The notes below the pieces were generated by a model. It was not told the DNA's origin. It did not search any database and saw nothing but the letters and a program-made list of their open reading frames with translations. This document shows positions 28,028 through 42,086 of a stretch of DNA of 64,000 nucleotides, piece by piece. A program made the position numbers and the translations under genes. Positions within the stretch are counted from its first letter, which is position 1; each line of letters opens with the position of its first letter. Origin of the DNA: Eledone cirrhosa (taxonomy: Eukaryota); assembly GCA_964016885.1 (NCBI GenBank), contig OZ024744.1:114576001-114640000 (forward strand), given 5' to 3'.

Positions 28028-30695
28028 GTGTGCCATAAAAAGCAAGATCACAATACTAACGCTCCCTGTGTATTTTCCCATTTTAAATGCCCCAATTGGT
28101 AAAATAAAACATATTTTGTATAAAATAAATTATTTTGAGCCTTGCCTATATCATGGTGATTATAGTGGAAAGTGTGATTATGTTGCATGAAATCATGAAA
28201 ATGTGAAACCAAATATGACCATACAATAATTGTTTATTTTATTAATCCATTATATTTAGTAAACCAGCTTTGAATATAAAGGCATACAAGGAAGAAACAA
28301 GTTCAGTCAAGTTAACTTGAGTCATATTTTTTCAGAGTTTCTTTTTTGAAATCCGGGACCTTGCGACGATGAGCTTCGACTACTTGAAGAACACACTGCT
28401 TGTCCTCCTCATTCTTGGTGATGGCAACAAAATCAGTTATCAACTTGACTGCTCTCTCCGCCAGATTGTTGACTACCTTGATATTGTGAACAACAGCACA
28501 GGCATTTTGATATGACGCTTGTGACGACCAAGTTGCAGGTGACAGCTCAAGCCAAGTATCGTTGAGACCAAGGAGATCGAACAGAAGCCTTGATTTCTTC
28601 CCAACTAGATGAGGCAGCTTCGTGGACGACTTCAACTCGAGAAATACTAGAGCACCACGGTCGAGAGGCCCAGACGTTTTCGTTTTGACAAGACATTGGG
28701 CTATTTGTTTCTTCTCGGACTCTTGGACCCGACTTGAAAACAGCGCTAGCGGAATGGCTTCCTCCGTCATGTACCAAAGATGCCTGCTCAGAGCAGTAGT
28801 GGCTGCCTGCGAGAGATCTCTGTCAACCTTACTGTATTGTGTCAACTCCACGTAGAATTGAAGGTCATTGGATGGTGCATCAGCACACATGACTGCTGTC
28901 AGCCAGTATCACACCCGAGCGTTATGATGTGCACCAGGCAGCATCCAATGAATTCCACGAGGAGAGGTGACACCAAGCAAGATCAACATCAACTCGGCAC
29001 ATTCTCGGTAGTCGTCCCGTGGAAGAGAACTCATTTTCCCATCGTCGGATGTCAGCAAATCTTGGAGGAACTTGATGTTCTCAGAACACAGACGCTTGAG
29101 TCTTCGGTCGACAATGTTCAATGTTTTAAAGTTGGTCTTGTCCTGAGTGACACCCAGTCTTTTTTTAACTCCTTGAACTCTGGGGTGTCGGGACTGGACA
29201 TTGCTCCGAATAGTTGTTGCCACACTGTACACAAGATACGCTCCATGACATGGTGCCGACAAGCAAAATAAAACACCTTTTTGTTGAGCACCTCTTCTAG
29301 TTTCACGCAGGCACCATTTTTCCATCCAGAATTCGAAGCAGTTGTGTCGAAGACCAAGCCCACCACAGACCCATCAACATTCCAATCTTTAACAAGATCA
29401 AATGATGCTTTGGCTTGGGTGGTTCCAGTGCCATCAGGAATTATGGGAACACCGAGGAGTTTACCTTCTCTGAAGTCCGGAGTTCCAGCCACTAGCACAC
29501 CTAGCCTCTCGTGGTCACCAGGAATTATTTTGCCATCCCAATTCAAGGTAACAAAGTCTGGTACAGCAAATTGTTCTTTTATGTGTTCAGCCCCTACAGT
29601 TCTGATCTTCTTAGCTGTACGTCTGCTACTATTCTTGGAGAGAGTTGTGGCGTCTATGTCAGTCCCACCTTCAGAAATAATCGATGCCATGAATGCTGTT
29701 CTCTGGCCCAGTGTCAGGTTTAAACGATCAGCCATTAGAGAAATTTTTGGACTTTTAAATGGATTCTTTGGGAGTTCCAGCTGAATTGTTCGTTTCTTGT
29801 CTGACTTTGAGCTGTCTCTGGGTGGGTTTGAGGCCTGAAATTCAGGATCCTGTTCATCTTCAGTTTCATCATTGGTTGAACTTGAATCACTCAGTTCATT
29901 ACGTGGAAGTTGTGCTGCTACAGATCCTGACAAACGCTTTCTATGGTTCTCTGACTCTCGACAAGCCATAGAAACCTGATTACGCTTAAACTTTGAAGAT
30001 ACATTTTTCTGGTAACCCTTGTCTTCAGCACCCAGAGATACTTTTTTCTGGCAACGCAGGGCTTCGAGAAATTTGGCATCTTCCATTTTCTGTTCATTAT
30101 TACGAAGACGGTCTTTCAAAATTTTCTTTTCAGCATCAGTATGTGCAATGTAGAAATACGAATCCAATTCAGAAATAAATAGTGCTTCCTTTTCTTTGAT
30201 TGACTTAGAACCTTTGTTTTTTTGTAAATTTCTGTATTCACTGTACATGTTCATAATTTTCAGTTTCACTTTGTCTTTTCGTTGAGTCGCCACACCTGCT
30301 TTTCCCCACTGACTAACTACTTCCATCACAAGCCTATCCGCAATAGCACCATTGAAGCTCACATGCTTTTCGTGTTTCATAGGACCAACTTTCAGGTAGA
30401 AGAAATATCTTAGAATATCCCCCTTTGTTGGTATTCTGTTTGGTGAAAAGGCTGTAACATGTTGCCCCAGGAGCCATATTTCTTGATCATCACAACGGAG
30501 CGAGTAGCTACAACTAGGCCCACTGATTTCTGCCATTATTCTGCCAATTTGCAACTATTAGGCAAGACTTAAATTAGTCTGAAATAATCAAAATTACATT
30601 ATAAATTGATAATATACAAAATGGCATGAGAAAATGAATAGGGAGCTAAGAGAAAAACACTTTTGTGTAAAATGTGGGATTCTGGAACACCCTAA
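28023..30695 (-). mobile_element. hAT-superfamily (hATm-like) DNA transposon, both ends present, transposase disrupted
   Basis: TIRs TTAGAGTGTGCCA / TTAGGGTGTTCCA in (TA)n. ORFs 29118-30554, 28909-29325 and 28312-28890 carry WDGK, FDTTASNSG, ACRHH (CxxH), RDDYRE, PGAHHNAR and NNLAERAVKL. The subfamily call is from recall of TIR and motifs. Confidence 0.8.
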
Positions 30696-30719
30696 TGTAT
30701 ATATATATATAGGTGTACT

Positions 30720-30816
<97 letters not shown>

Positions 30817-30857
30817 GTGTACTTATATATATATATACATATATATATATATACACA

Positions 30858-30957
<100 letters not shown>

Positions 30958-31213
30958 AGATTATTGAAGTTTGCTTGAAGCATTGTGGAATAATAAGGTA
31001 AATTTCTTTAAGTTGTTTGGAAGCCTCGACAATGCAGATGGGTAAATCTCCAGGTAACAAGATCCGGTGGTGGAGAGAGATGTAAGGGGGTGTACGTTGA
31101 GATGCGTGGCGTGTATAAGACTGTAACGTGTAGAGGAATGAAGGACAGAACGTAAAGGATAGAAATAAAAATAACAACACGAGAAAGAGTTACCTTGGGA
31201 AAGATTTAATTGT

Positions 31214-31249
31214 CCCTATATATTTCGGATTCACATCCATCAACTGGGG
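31214..31249 (-). pseudogene. Degenerate hammerhead in PLE 3' terminal repeat
   Basis: ccc-CAGTTGA-t-ggat(gtga)atcc-GAAA-tata-TA-ggg. The core differs from CTGATGA at two positions, and the position is analogous to 2264-2298. Confidence 0.55.
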
Positions 31250-31657
31250 TTTTTTCCGGGGGTGGGGGGAGGTTGTCTGTCAGAAAGGTGCGAAACTTGT
31301 CCTCCGCTGTTCGTTGTTTTGAATATCTGAGGTATTCAGCAGAGCGCGCGTGCGCGTGAGATGGGGTCGGTCAGGCAGAGGTCAGCGGCCGAAGTAGTTC
31401 TTTCAATTGTGGGAGTGGGGTGGCGCTAGCTGTCAGTCCATTCTCTGCCTGTTTGGTGAATGTTACTGTGTGTGTGTGTGCGTGTGTTGTTGTCTCGCTT
31501 GAGTGTGTGTGTGTGTGTGTGCGTGTGTTGTTGCCTTGTTCCTCTGTATTGGCAGTGTAGTATGTTCGTATGGTGGAATGCTACTGTGTGTGTGTGCGTG
31601 TGTTGCTGTCTCGCTTGTGTGTGTGTGTGTGCGTGTGTTGCTGCATCGTTTGTTAAC

Positions 31658-33982
31658 TTAAACCAAACACCTCATTTCGCTTCTCTCGGATCGGTTGTTT
31701 AATTGTGACCCTAGGCGTTTGATCCAAAGTGCTTCCTTGATACCTAACGTGCCGACGTTTCTTTCTGTCGCTAGAATTGTGACAATGGGCCTTCCGTCTT
31801 TGTTTCCGCATTTGGCTATGTGTTTCCGGAAAGACGAGGCTCTGGTTTTAGTGTGTTCCTTGATCCGGATGTGCAACGGCCGGATTGTGCTACCTATATA
31901 GTATTGGTTGCACTTGTTACATTCTATCTTATACACGACGTATGTGCGTAGGCAACAGTTCGCATGGCGCATCGGGCAGTCACTGAGGGAGCACGCGTCA
32001 GTTGATTTCCCGGGTTTCCTGGAGAGGCATCTTCGCAGGGAGGGGCCCGAGTGGGCCAGGTGGATGTCGAGGCCCTCCCTCCGTATAGCTTTGCGGATAG
32101 CGTTGGTGGTATTCTCGCCCAGGTGTGGCATTTTAAGGAAGCACTTGCCTTGGGTGCCTCTCTGTCTCTTGTGTCTGGTGTCTCCTACTCTGTCTGTGAG
32201 CGAGGTAGGGTACCCGTTCGTCTCCAGCACCTCGAGGAACCACTCGCGGGATCGCTGCATCTGTTTTTGATTCGCGCGATCTCGTTCGTGATGTATCCTC
32301 TTTTGGCACTGTTAGGGAGGGCTGACTTGTAGTGGACGAACAGGTCCCTGCAGGCTGCCTTTCGGTAGAAGTTGCAGTGGATCCCTCCCTGTTCTGTGAT
32401 GTTGATTCGGAAGTCGAGGAGGGCAAGTGACTCGTCGTCGTTGGGGTGTTCAACACTGAAGTCAATGTTCTCGTCCGTTTGTTGAACGTCTCATAGATTC
32501 TGTTCGCCATGTCTTGGGAAGATGTGAGGATGAGGATATCGTCCACGTACCTTGAGAAAAAGGCTACGGCGTTGGGGTGGCAGGCGTTGAGTGCCTTGCG
32601 CTCGAGGCTGTCCATGTAAGAGATCGCTAGCACACCCGATAGGCTTGATCCCATGGGCAGTCCCGAAGTTTGTTGGTATGTTTGGTCAAGGAATCCGAAG
32701 TAGGTGTTGTCGACGACGATGGATAGGAGTTGGTGGATGTCAGTGGTGGTGAGCCCGAAGCAGTGTAGGTCGGTGGATTGGACGCGTTCCATCAGTATAT
32801 TGACAGCCGGGAGTGCCGGGAGCGAGGTGTAGAGAGCGACTACATCAAGGCTGAAGGCATATCTGTTATTCCTTCTGGTGTCGGGATCCATTTGATACAG
32901 GCGTTTCAACACCTCCTCGGAGCTGTTAACGTGTCCCGGCAAGGTGTCTAAGATGGGTTTGAGTATTCTGGCTAAGAGCCATGACATTTTGTAGAGTGGT
33001 CCTTCCACGCTCGATACAATGGGCCTGATCTTCAGGTCGGGTCCCTGTTTGTGTGTTTTCACGAGGTGGTAGAAGGCGGGTAGTCTGCTGTTCCTCGTGA
33101 GGAGGTTGTATCTCAGCTTCGGGAGCTTCCGCCGGTCGCAGATGTTGGTCCAGGCGGCGTTGATGTGCTCTTCTATCTGCGCGGGAGTGATTCCCGTGAC
33201 CTTGGAGTAGAGGTTGTCATCGTCAAGGTGTTGGAGGGCCAGGGTGTTGTAGGCCTCTCTGCTGATGACGCAGAATTATTTTCCCTTGTCGGAGGGGAGG
33301 TAGATGAGATTCTTCGATTTTAGGTTGGAGAGAGTGGTGAGTTGAGATTTGGTGAGATTATGTGTTGTGCGTGTGTGTGTGTGTTTGTGAAGTATATCCG
33401 AGATGGAGTGTTTTAACCTGATGAGTTTAGTGTCGAGTTCGTGGTTGGTGGGGGGGGGGGGACTGGGGGGGGGGGCGTGGGCGCTGTTATTTTCTGTGGC
33501 GCTGTTGATGGCGGTCACCCATTTAAGTTGGTAAGCGGCTCGACAAAAGTTGGCCTCGATGTTGAGTTTGAGTCTGTCATCGAGTCGTTGTGAGACGATG
33601 AACTTGGGTCCGAGGTGTAGGAGTTTCAGCTCGTCGCTCGGGAGAGTGCCGGTTAGGTCGGTGACCAGGTGCGTCACATCGTTGAGGTGTGGCTCGGTGT
33701 TGGTGGATGCGGCGGTGGCGGTTGTTAAGTTGCTGTTTTCCACGTGGTTCTGGTCCGTCTGTTCGTTAGTGTCGATGTTCTCGTTGTGGAATTTAGACAA
33801 GATCCACTCATATTTCCGCTTGAGCCGTTTCTTCTCGTATTGGACTCTGGAGCGGTAGCACTGGTCGATTACTTTAGTGATTTTCAGGAGCAAGTCGCCG
33901 GGTGTTATTGATAGTCGATGTGTCCGCTCTGAGAGTATCCGCTTATGGATGTGTAATTGGCAGTTGAGATGTCTCAGGATCT

Positions 33983-33985
<3 letters not shown>
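31658..33985 (-). mobile_element. Penelope-like element ORF (RT + GIY-YIG), frameshifted
   Basis: LGPKF, YLPSDKG, IRPIVSS, LDVVALYT, GLPMGSSLS, RYVDD and VVYKIEC..C..YIGST.RPLHIRIKEH. Related to 195-1834. Confidence 0.92.
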
Positions 33986-34030
<45 letters not shown>

Positions 34031-34205
34031 ATATATATATACATATATATATACTTATATATATTAAAGAATTAAACAAGATTCAATGAGTACATCAAAT
34101 AACGAGTTTTACAGTAGATTGGAAGCACTCTACAGTTAATATTTTCCAGAGTTATTAATATTAAATTCAAATATTAATAAAATAGATGTTCTTGTGATCA
34201 ATAAA

Positions 34206-34271
34206 ATTTTATTATACATATTTCAGAGGTACTTGAATTAGGTTCAACAGTACGTCCTCATCAGATAAAAT
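34206..34271 (-). ncRNA. Type I hammerhead ribozyme, family G
   Basis: attttat-CTGATGA-ggacgtactgttgaa(cctaa)ttcaagtacctct-GAAA-tatgta-TA-ataaaat. Confidence 0.85.
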
Positions 34272-34967
34272 AAAATGATACATGACGTACCATGAGATGT
34301 TAGATGATTAAGATTTAATCAAGGTAGTGATTAACTTATGAGAAAACTCAACATTTATACCCTAATAATGAGAACATGCGAAAACGTAATAGAATCAATA
34401 GAGAAGGTGTGAGTAAGAAAAACATTGCTTTAATGTAACAGTTATAGAGTTTTTAAAATCTGGGATACTACAATTAGGATTATAGAGGAAGACGTCTCTG
34501 GAGTTATAATTTTTTAAGTTTTTTGGCTTGAGAAAGCAACTGGTAGATAATTAAATAGAGGGAGAGATAAAGGGGAGTAATTTATGCAAAAATTTTCATC
34601 GGACACATATAGACTTAGCGGTTAAATTTCAAAATATTTAATTTATGTTATTTTAGGGTGAAGAATCAAAATTTTAGGTTATAAAAGTTGATGGTTATTT
34701 GTATTAATTTTATAAATTTTATAAATTTTATAAATATGTTACATTTCTAAAATTCGAAGTTTTATGAAAACAAATTTAAAGGATTTACTAGGCCCGCAAA
34801 AGAAAAATATATATTCATAAAGGTAATCTTTAACAAAATTACTTGTAACAGTGTCAACATTTTCGGTATGTATAATTTATGAAGTACTTACTGTTATAAA
34901 TATCAAGCAATGGATTGTTAAATAGATACATTGTCTAAAGTATAATAATTAACGCAGAGTTTTCAGC

Positions 34968-35002
<35 letters not shown>

Positions 35003-35071
35003 ATTTATCATAATAAGAGGACTATAAATTATTATTTATTATATTATATTAAATCATTATATTAGTTCTAC

Positions 35072-35259
35072 TAAGGGCGGTGGATTGGCAGTAATTGTAG
35101 AGGGTCGGACGCCATGCTTTCCAGCATAGTTACGTCCCTTTACGATCCGAGTTCAAATCCCGCCGAGGTTGACTTTGCCTTTCATCCTTACGGGGTCGAT
35201 AAAATAAAGAACCAGTAATGCACTGGGTAATTGCTGGCCTTGTGCCTAAAGTAGAAACT
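35072..35259 (+). mobile_element. tRNA-derived SINE (octopus/mollusc type) with a 16-bp TSD
   Basis: A-box-like tggcagtaattg, B-box gagttcaaatccc and body gactttgcctttcatcct..ggggtcgataaa. TSD attatattagttctac at 35056-35071 and 35260-35275, with an empty site at about 38161-38176. Confidence 0.88.
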
Positions 35260-38229
35260 ATTATATTAGTTCTACCTTCAAGGGAAGAACGAACTCTAAA
35301 TAATGATTATGTTATTGTACAATATATATATATTTACACACACTATATATAGCGTTATACCGAACAATAATTATGATTATGTTATTATACATTATAAACA
35401 TAAATGCACAAAACTATATACAGAGATATACATAACTATAATTATGATTATGTTATTATACAATATAAACATATTTGCAAAAACTACATATAGAGAGATA
35501 TACTAAGTATTAATGAGACAGTATACTTTTGGTAAAGGATAACGATTATAATCTTAGATAATAGATTCATACGTGCATAACTATAAAATACATACATATA
35601 TATAAAAAAATGTAAACGCGTGAATGATCAACAGTTCAAAATAAGGTCCTTAAAATTTTACAGGTTAGATATTTAAACTATATTTAAAACAGAGATAGAA
35701 AAATAAAGATAGAGAAATAATGGTCTGAATCAAAGTTAATAATATCCAAAAAGCCTAATTACCAATTTAGGAATAGAAGGCAGAACCGAGCCACTTATAC
35801 CTAGGCAACCGCGGATTAACTTAAAAGATCACAAAAGAAACTTCGAGGAAGATATGCCAGTTAGATTGATTGCTCCATCCAAATCGGATATTGGAATAAT
35901 CAGTAAAAACATCATCAATAGAATTCTACCTGCTCTTAAATTGAGATCTAATTTGAGCTTGTGGAAAGATACAAATGAAGTCATAGAATAGTACAAGAAT
36001 ATAGATGATAAGAAAAATCATAAATTTATCCAGATGGACATAAGCTACTATTCTTCCATATCGCCCAACCTACTAAATAAGGCTCTATCATACGCTTATA
36101 AGCATACTGATCTAACCACAGATGAAATTGATATCATACTAACAGCTAGAAGAACTCTTATTAACTTCAACAATGAGTATTGGACCCGCTCAGATAGAAA
36201 TAGAAACTTTGATATCACTATGGGGGCATCCGATTCTGCGCAAATCAAAGATCTTCTGGGAATTTTCATATTAAATATGATAAATAGAAAACTGCCGGAG
36301 ATTACCGGTGGTTTATATAGGGACGACATTTTATTTACGGTGGTCAAATACAACAAATTTGAACTAAATAGAGTAAAGAAAAGTATAATTGAATGCTTTA
36401 AAATGTATGACCTTAAGTTAGAAGTAGAAAATGGTACCAAAATAGTTAATTTCCTAGATGTTACGTTTAACTTAAACTCTGGCTTTTATTTCCCTTTTCA
36501 TAAGCCCAATGAAAACTTAAACTATGTTAGTTACTACTCCAATCACTCTAAATCTGTAAAAAAAAAAGCTATAGTAAATAGTGTGCAAAAACGCATTAAT
36601 AGAATATCAGCCAATAAAGTAATATTTGATGAAAATGCAGCATACTACAATGAAATGCTAAAAAGAGCAGGATATGAGAATAATATAGAATATGTAGATA
36701 ATAATAATCAAAAATTTTAATCCTGATAAAAATAACGGCATATATAAACGAAATTCTAATAATTATAATTCAAACACCCATACGGCGAACAAATCGAGGA
36801 AAAGAACTAGAACTAAATCAGTCATATGGTCCCCCCCCCCCCCACTCCCACCTGCTTCCGTAGCAGTTAGAACACTAATTGCAAACCTATTCTTTAAAGG
36901 TTTGGACAGCTCTTTCCCTAGTCAATATAAATACCATTCCATTTTTAATAGACACACTATTAAATTATCTTATTCTACAACTATGAATATGGCCCAAAAC
37001 ATTGCTAAAATAAACAGTAAAATTCTAAAGCAGAATCAGCATAATGATCTTAATAATAGTGTTAACATAAATAATAATAAATCAAAATGTAATTGTAGAA
37101 ATAAACCTGATTTCCCTCTGCAAAATAATTGTTTCGATAGTAATTTGGTGTATAAATGCACTGTAAAAATTGATTACAACACATACAACTACATAGGATT
37201 GACTTCTTCTACATTTAAGGCTAGATTTGCGAATCATAAATGCTCATTTTCGAATTCTAATAGGAAATCATCGACTTCATTATCACAGCTTATATAGTCA
37301 TTAAAAGACAAACATTTAAAATACTCCATCTTTTGGACGAAACTTTGTAATAGTGGAGTTTACCGCAACTCAAGTATATCAAGTAACTGCGCGCTTTGTA
37401 CAATGGAGACCCTTTTGATTACTAATAATTATGAGAACTTAATTAACAAAAAAAGTGAATTATTCTCAAACTGCCTTCATAAGGCCTTGTCTACATTCCA
37501 AGCCTCGCATAAAACAGTAAGCAACCAAGCCTGGTTTTTAGACGTACATCGTCAACTATTGAAAATATAAATCTTAATGGCTTATAAAACTTTAATATTG
37601 CTTTATCTTATAACCATCTATAAAGGAAATAACGTTTGAATGAATGACATTTGTTTAATAACATGCTGGCACGTTGATATACATAACATATGGTTTTATG
37701 GATATTATTAACTTTGATCCAGACCTTTATTTCTCTATCTTTATTTTTCTATCTCTGTTTTAAATATAGTTTAAATATCTAACCTGTAAAATTTTACGGA
37801 CCTTATTTTGAACTGTTGATTATTGACCCGTTTACATTTTTTTTATATATATGTATGTATTTTATAGTTATGCACGTATGAAGATTATAATCGTTATCCT
37901 TTACCAAAAGTATACTGTCTCATTAATACTTAGTATATCTCTCTATATGTAGTTTTTGCAAATATGTTTATATTGTATAATAACATAATCATATTTATAG
38001 TTATGTATATCTCTGTATATAGTTTTGTGCATTTATGTTTATAATGTATAATAACATAATCATAATTATTGTTCGGTATAACGCTATATATAGTGCGTGT
38101 AAATATATATATATTGTACAATAACATAATCATTATTTAGAGTTCGTTCTTCCCTTGAAGGTAGAACTAATATAGTGATTTAATATAATATAATAAATAA
38201 TAATTTATAGTCCTCTTATTATGATAAAT

Positions 38230-38418
<189 letters not shown>

Positions 38419-39123
38419 GCTGAAAACTCTGTTAATTATTATACTTTAGACAATGTATCCATTTAACAATAAATTCCTTGATATTTATAACAGTAAGTAC
38501 TTCATAAATTATACATACCGAAAATGTTGATACTGTTACAAGTAATTTTGTTAAAGATTACCTTTATGTGAATATTGAATAGTATATATTTTTCTTTTGC
38601 GGGCCTAGTAAATCCTTTAAATTTGTTTTCATAAAACTTCGAATCTTAGAAATGTAACACATTTATAAAACTTATAAAATTTATAAAATTAATACAAATA
38701 ACCATCAACTTTTATAACCTAAAATGTTGATTCTTCACCCTAAAATAACATAAATTAAATATTTTGAAATTTAACCGCTAAGTCTATATGTGTGCGATGA
38801 AAATTTTTGCATAAATTACTCCCCTTTATCTCTCCCTCTCTTTAATTATCTACCAGTTGCTTTCCCAAGCCAAAAACTTAAAAAATTATAATTCCAGAGA
38901 CGTCTTCCTCTATAATCCTAATTGTAGTATCCCAGATTTTAAAAACTCTATAACTGTTACATTAAAGCAATGTTTTTCTTACTCACACCTTCTCTATTGA
39001 TTCTATTACGTTTTCGCATGTTCTCATTATTAGGGTATAAATGTTGAGTTTTCTCATAAGTTAATCACTACCTTGATTAAATCTTAATCATCTAACATCT
39101 CATGGTACGTCATGTATCATTTT

Positions 39124-39189
39124 ATTTTATCTGATGAGGACATACTGTTGAACCTAATTCAAGTACCTCTGAAATATGTATAATAAAAT
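39124..39189 (+). ncRNA. Type I hammerhead ribozyme, family G
   Basis: attttat-CTGATGA-ggacatactgttgaa..ttcaagtacctct-GAAA-tatgta-TA-ataaaat. Confidence 0.85.
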
Positions 39190-39575
39190 TTAATTGATCA
39201 AAAGAATATATATTTTATTAATATTTGAATTTAATATATACGTATATATATATGTATATGTATGTATATATAACTATATCATACACCTACGGTTGTAGGT
39301 GTATAATATTCTTAAGGTCCCATTTCGGTCACTCGCGACACCTTCAAAGCTTTGTCACTAATTCAATATTTGATAGAATTGGATGCACTTGATAGGACGA
39401 CAGATAAGCTACTTTTTTACATAAAAATATTGAAATTTGGTTCAGTAGAAAAAAAGTTACATAAAAATAAGTGAGGACCAAAAGAGTGTAAGGAACCACA
39501 TACATAAGTAACGCTTAGTTTGTTTCTAATTTCTAATACATTAAAATAGTGATAGATTGTGCAATAGTGAATTGT

Positions 39576-39648
39576 GGTCAGGTAGCTCAGTCGTTAGAGC
39601 AGCGGACCGGCAATCCGAAGGTCGTGGGTTCGATTCCCACCCTGATTA
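39576..39648 (+). tRNA. tRNA-like gene or pseudogene, apparent anticodon GGC (Ala)
   Basis: 73-nt cloverleaf: ggtcagg/cctgatt acceptor, gctc/gagc D arm, cgga-ccggcaa-tccg anticodon arm, gtggg-ttcgatt-cccac T arm, then TTTT. C33 and GGC are atypical for eukaryotes. Confidence 0.65.
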
Positions 39649-40541
39649 CTTTTCCTATCTGCACTTCTTCCTATTCATTATTATTTATTTAACTTATTTG
39701 TTGATAAATATTTTTAATATTAATATAATATCCTTGCATTGCCTGGAAAAAAAGTGGATTACAGGGAAAAATGCGGGCGCATGTAAAGAAATATTCTTAA
39801 ATTAATAAACCTAGAAAAGTAAAGGACAAGTTATTACACCTGGAAAAGTAAAGGACAAGAAAACTTCTTCTTAAAACTTCTTAAAATATTGCAGCTAAAG
39901 TCTAACTTTGAAAAAAAATATTTAGATTATAAAACTAAAAATAAATAATTATAAGTTAATTGTTAAAAAAATATCACTTTAAAGGACTGGAAAAATGACT
40001 GTCTTATAGGGAGAGTTGACTACTGTATACTTAATTTTTTTCTTGGTGTATACAAATTAATCTTTTTAAAATAAAATTTGTACAATAATTTGTACAATAA
40101 TTAATTAATTAATAATAATAATAATTAATATGTACAATTTATTAATTTATGTTATAAGATATTTAAAAATGTTCACTCTTAATCAAATTATATTTTTAAA
40201 AATTTAGTTATAAAATAATGCAGTAAAATAAATCAAAAACAGTGCATCATATAATTGCACTTTTTATGAGTATTACAGATTTTTTTAATAATATAGTAAA
40301 ATTCAACATCTCAAGGGGCAAAATTAGGTAAAAGTCAATTCATCAATTATTCATTTATAGTGAATCAATCAATTATAGTGAATTCATCAATTCATTAGAT
40401 GAACTGTTGAATTAGACAATGTTTAATTTTTAATTGTAGTCTAATTTTACTCTACCTAAAAATGTAGATTGGTTATTTTGATCTCTGACAGGTCTTAAAT
40501 TTCATTATTAAACAATTATAATTTGTTATTATTTATCATTA

Positions 40542-40765
40542 CAGGTGGCTCCCTAATTAATTATTAATTAATTGTTAGTGTCATTTACACGCCAAAATTT
40601 TGTTTTATTTGATGTTTATAATTGTCACTCATTTTTTCAGTCCCATTTAGTAAAGTAAAATAAAGTATATTTATTTAATGACCCAACCACTATGGTGTAA
40701 ATTAGGATCACAAAATTAAATAAATGATCATAAATTAGTATTATTATCAATTAGAGAGTCAACTG
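40542..40765. mobile_element. Tc1/pogo-type MITE
   Basis: TIRs caggtggctccctaatt / cagttgactctctaatt flanked by TA. Confidence 0.6.
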
Positions 40766-40905
40766 TATTATTAGAATTTATCACTTTTTATGTATATTTA
40801 AATCAAATATTTTTTATTATTCAAATTTAAACACAGTAGTTTTATTTTTTAGCTTATATTTATCAAACTTGGGTCAGTTTGTCTTCATGACTTGTTCTTT
40901 CGATC

Positions 40906-42084
40906 TCACTCGATAAACCAGCCATTGGCTTTGATGACGGCCTCAAGGTGGCCTCGGAACCGGCTACAGGTCTTCGTCACTGTCTCCCGACATAGGCCCC
41001 TAAAGGCACTTGTGATCCTGGCCTTCAGATCGTCTTTCATATTGCAGCTAGATCTGTTGGTCTCTAGTTCCACTGCGCCCCACACAAAGAAGTCGAGGGG
41101 GTTGCAGTCAGGCGAGCTGGGAGGCCAGATGTCAGGTGAAGTGTGGTCGACGAAGTTCTCTGACAGCCAGGCTTGGGTCTTTCGGCTGGTATGGCAGGGC
41201 GCTGAGTCTTGCTACCACACGTGCGGCCTACCTGCAGCTACCTGGTCGCTCCAGGGCTTTACTACCTCGCTCAGAACGTGGATGTAGCCATCGGTGTTCA
41301 GCTTGAGGCCCTCAGGGAAGAAGTGAGGTGGCATGACGTCACCTTGACTGCTGACAACACCTAAGACCAATGTTGTCGCTGGAAACTTTGTCTGCATGAC
41401 TCTGGGCATGTCTTTGGATGAGACAGCGAGCCACCTGTTGTTCTGGGAGTTGATCTTCTGGTCTTGGCAGAAGTTTTTCTCGTCGGAGAAAAACCACAGC
41501 ATGTCTGGCTCCAGTGGGTGTTTCAACTTGTTGATCAGCTTTGCGTGCTTCAGTCGCTTTTCTTGCATCGCCTTTGACAGAAATTGTCCTTTCCTCATCT
41601 TGTATGAAACGTAGCGAATGTCTTCATGTACCACCAGCCTAATGAGCTTTTCATCCGCGCCTTTCTCCCTTGCAATGGCATGTATCGACTTGCTAGGTTC
41701 ATTGTTGATGATATCCTGAACTTCAGCGACGAACTCGGGCGTTCTGAAGGAGTCAGATCGTCGATCATGTGTGTTCCTCTTTGATGTTGCTTCGTAGTCG
41801 AATCCTGAATCTTCCAATTCCTTTCTGACCTTCACCACCATTCTCCTGCTGACGCTGAGAAAGTCTGAAATTTCCTTGTTTGTCCTCCCGGCGCAGATTC
41901 CAAGAAGAACTCCGTGTCTCTTCCACAAATTTGGAGGTTCAAAATTATTTATAATCAATTATTCTGAAAATAAATAATGGAAATATAGTCACTGGTTTTA
42001 TGAAGACAAGAGTGACAAAGGAAGTAAATAAAATTTGCATAAAATTAGCAGTTGAAAATTGCGAACAAATATCGTCCACACCTG
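40906..42084 (-). mobile_element. Tc1/mariner DD37D (maT-type) transposon, with one premature stop in the transposase (CDS 40906-41958)
   Basis: FSDEK ... W*QD-(37 aa)-SPDCNPLD counted from the translation. One end is TA|CAGGTG at 42084. Confidence 0.9.
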
Positions 42085-42086
42085 TA

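Noticed and set aside
35755-37560. Selenocysteine recoding, as reported for some Naiad elements
   Set aside because: The in-frame stops I checked are TAG at Trp positions (about 35990 and 37295) or frameshifts, not TGA at Cys positions. I recognised no SECIS.
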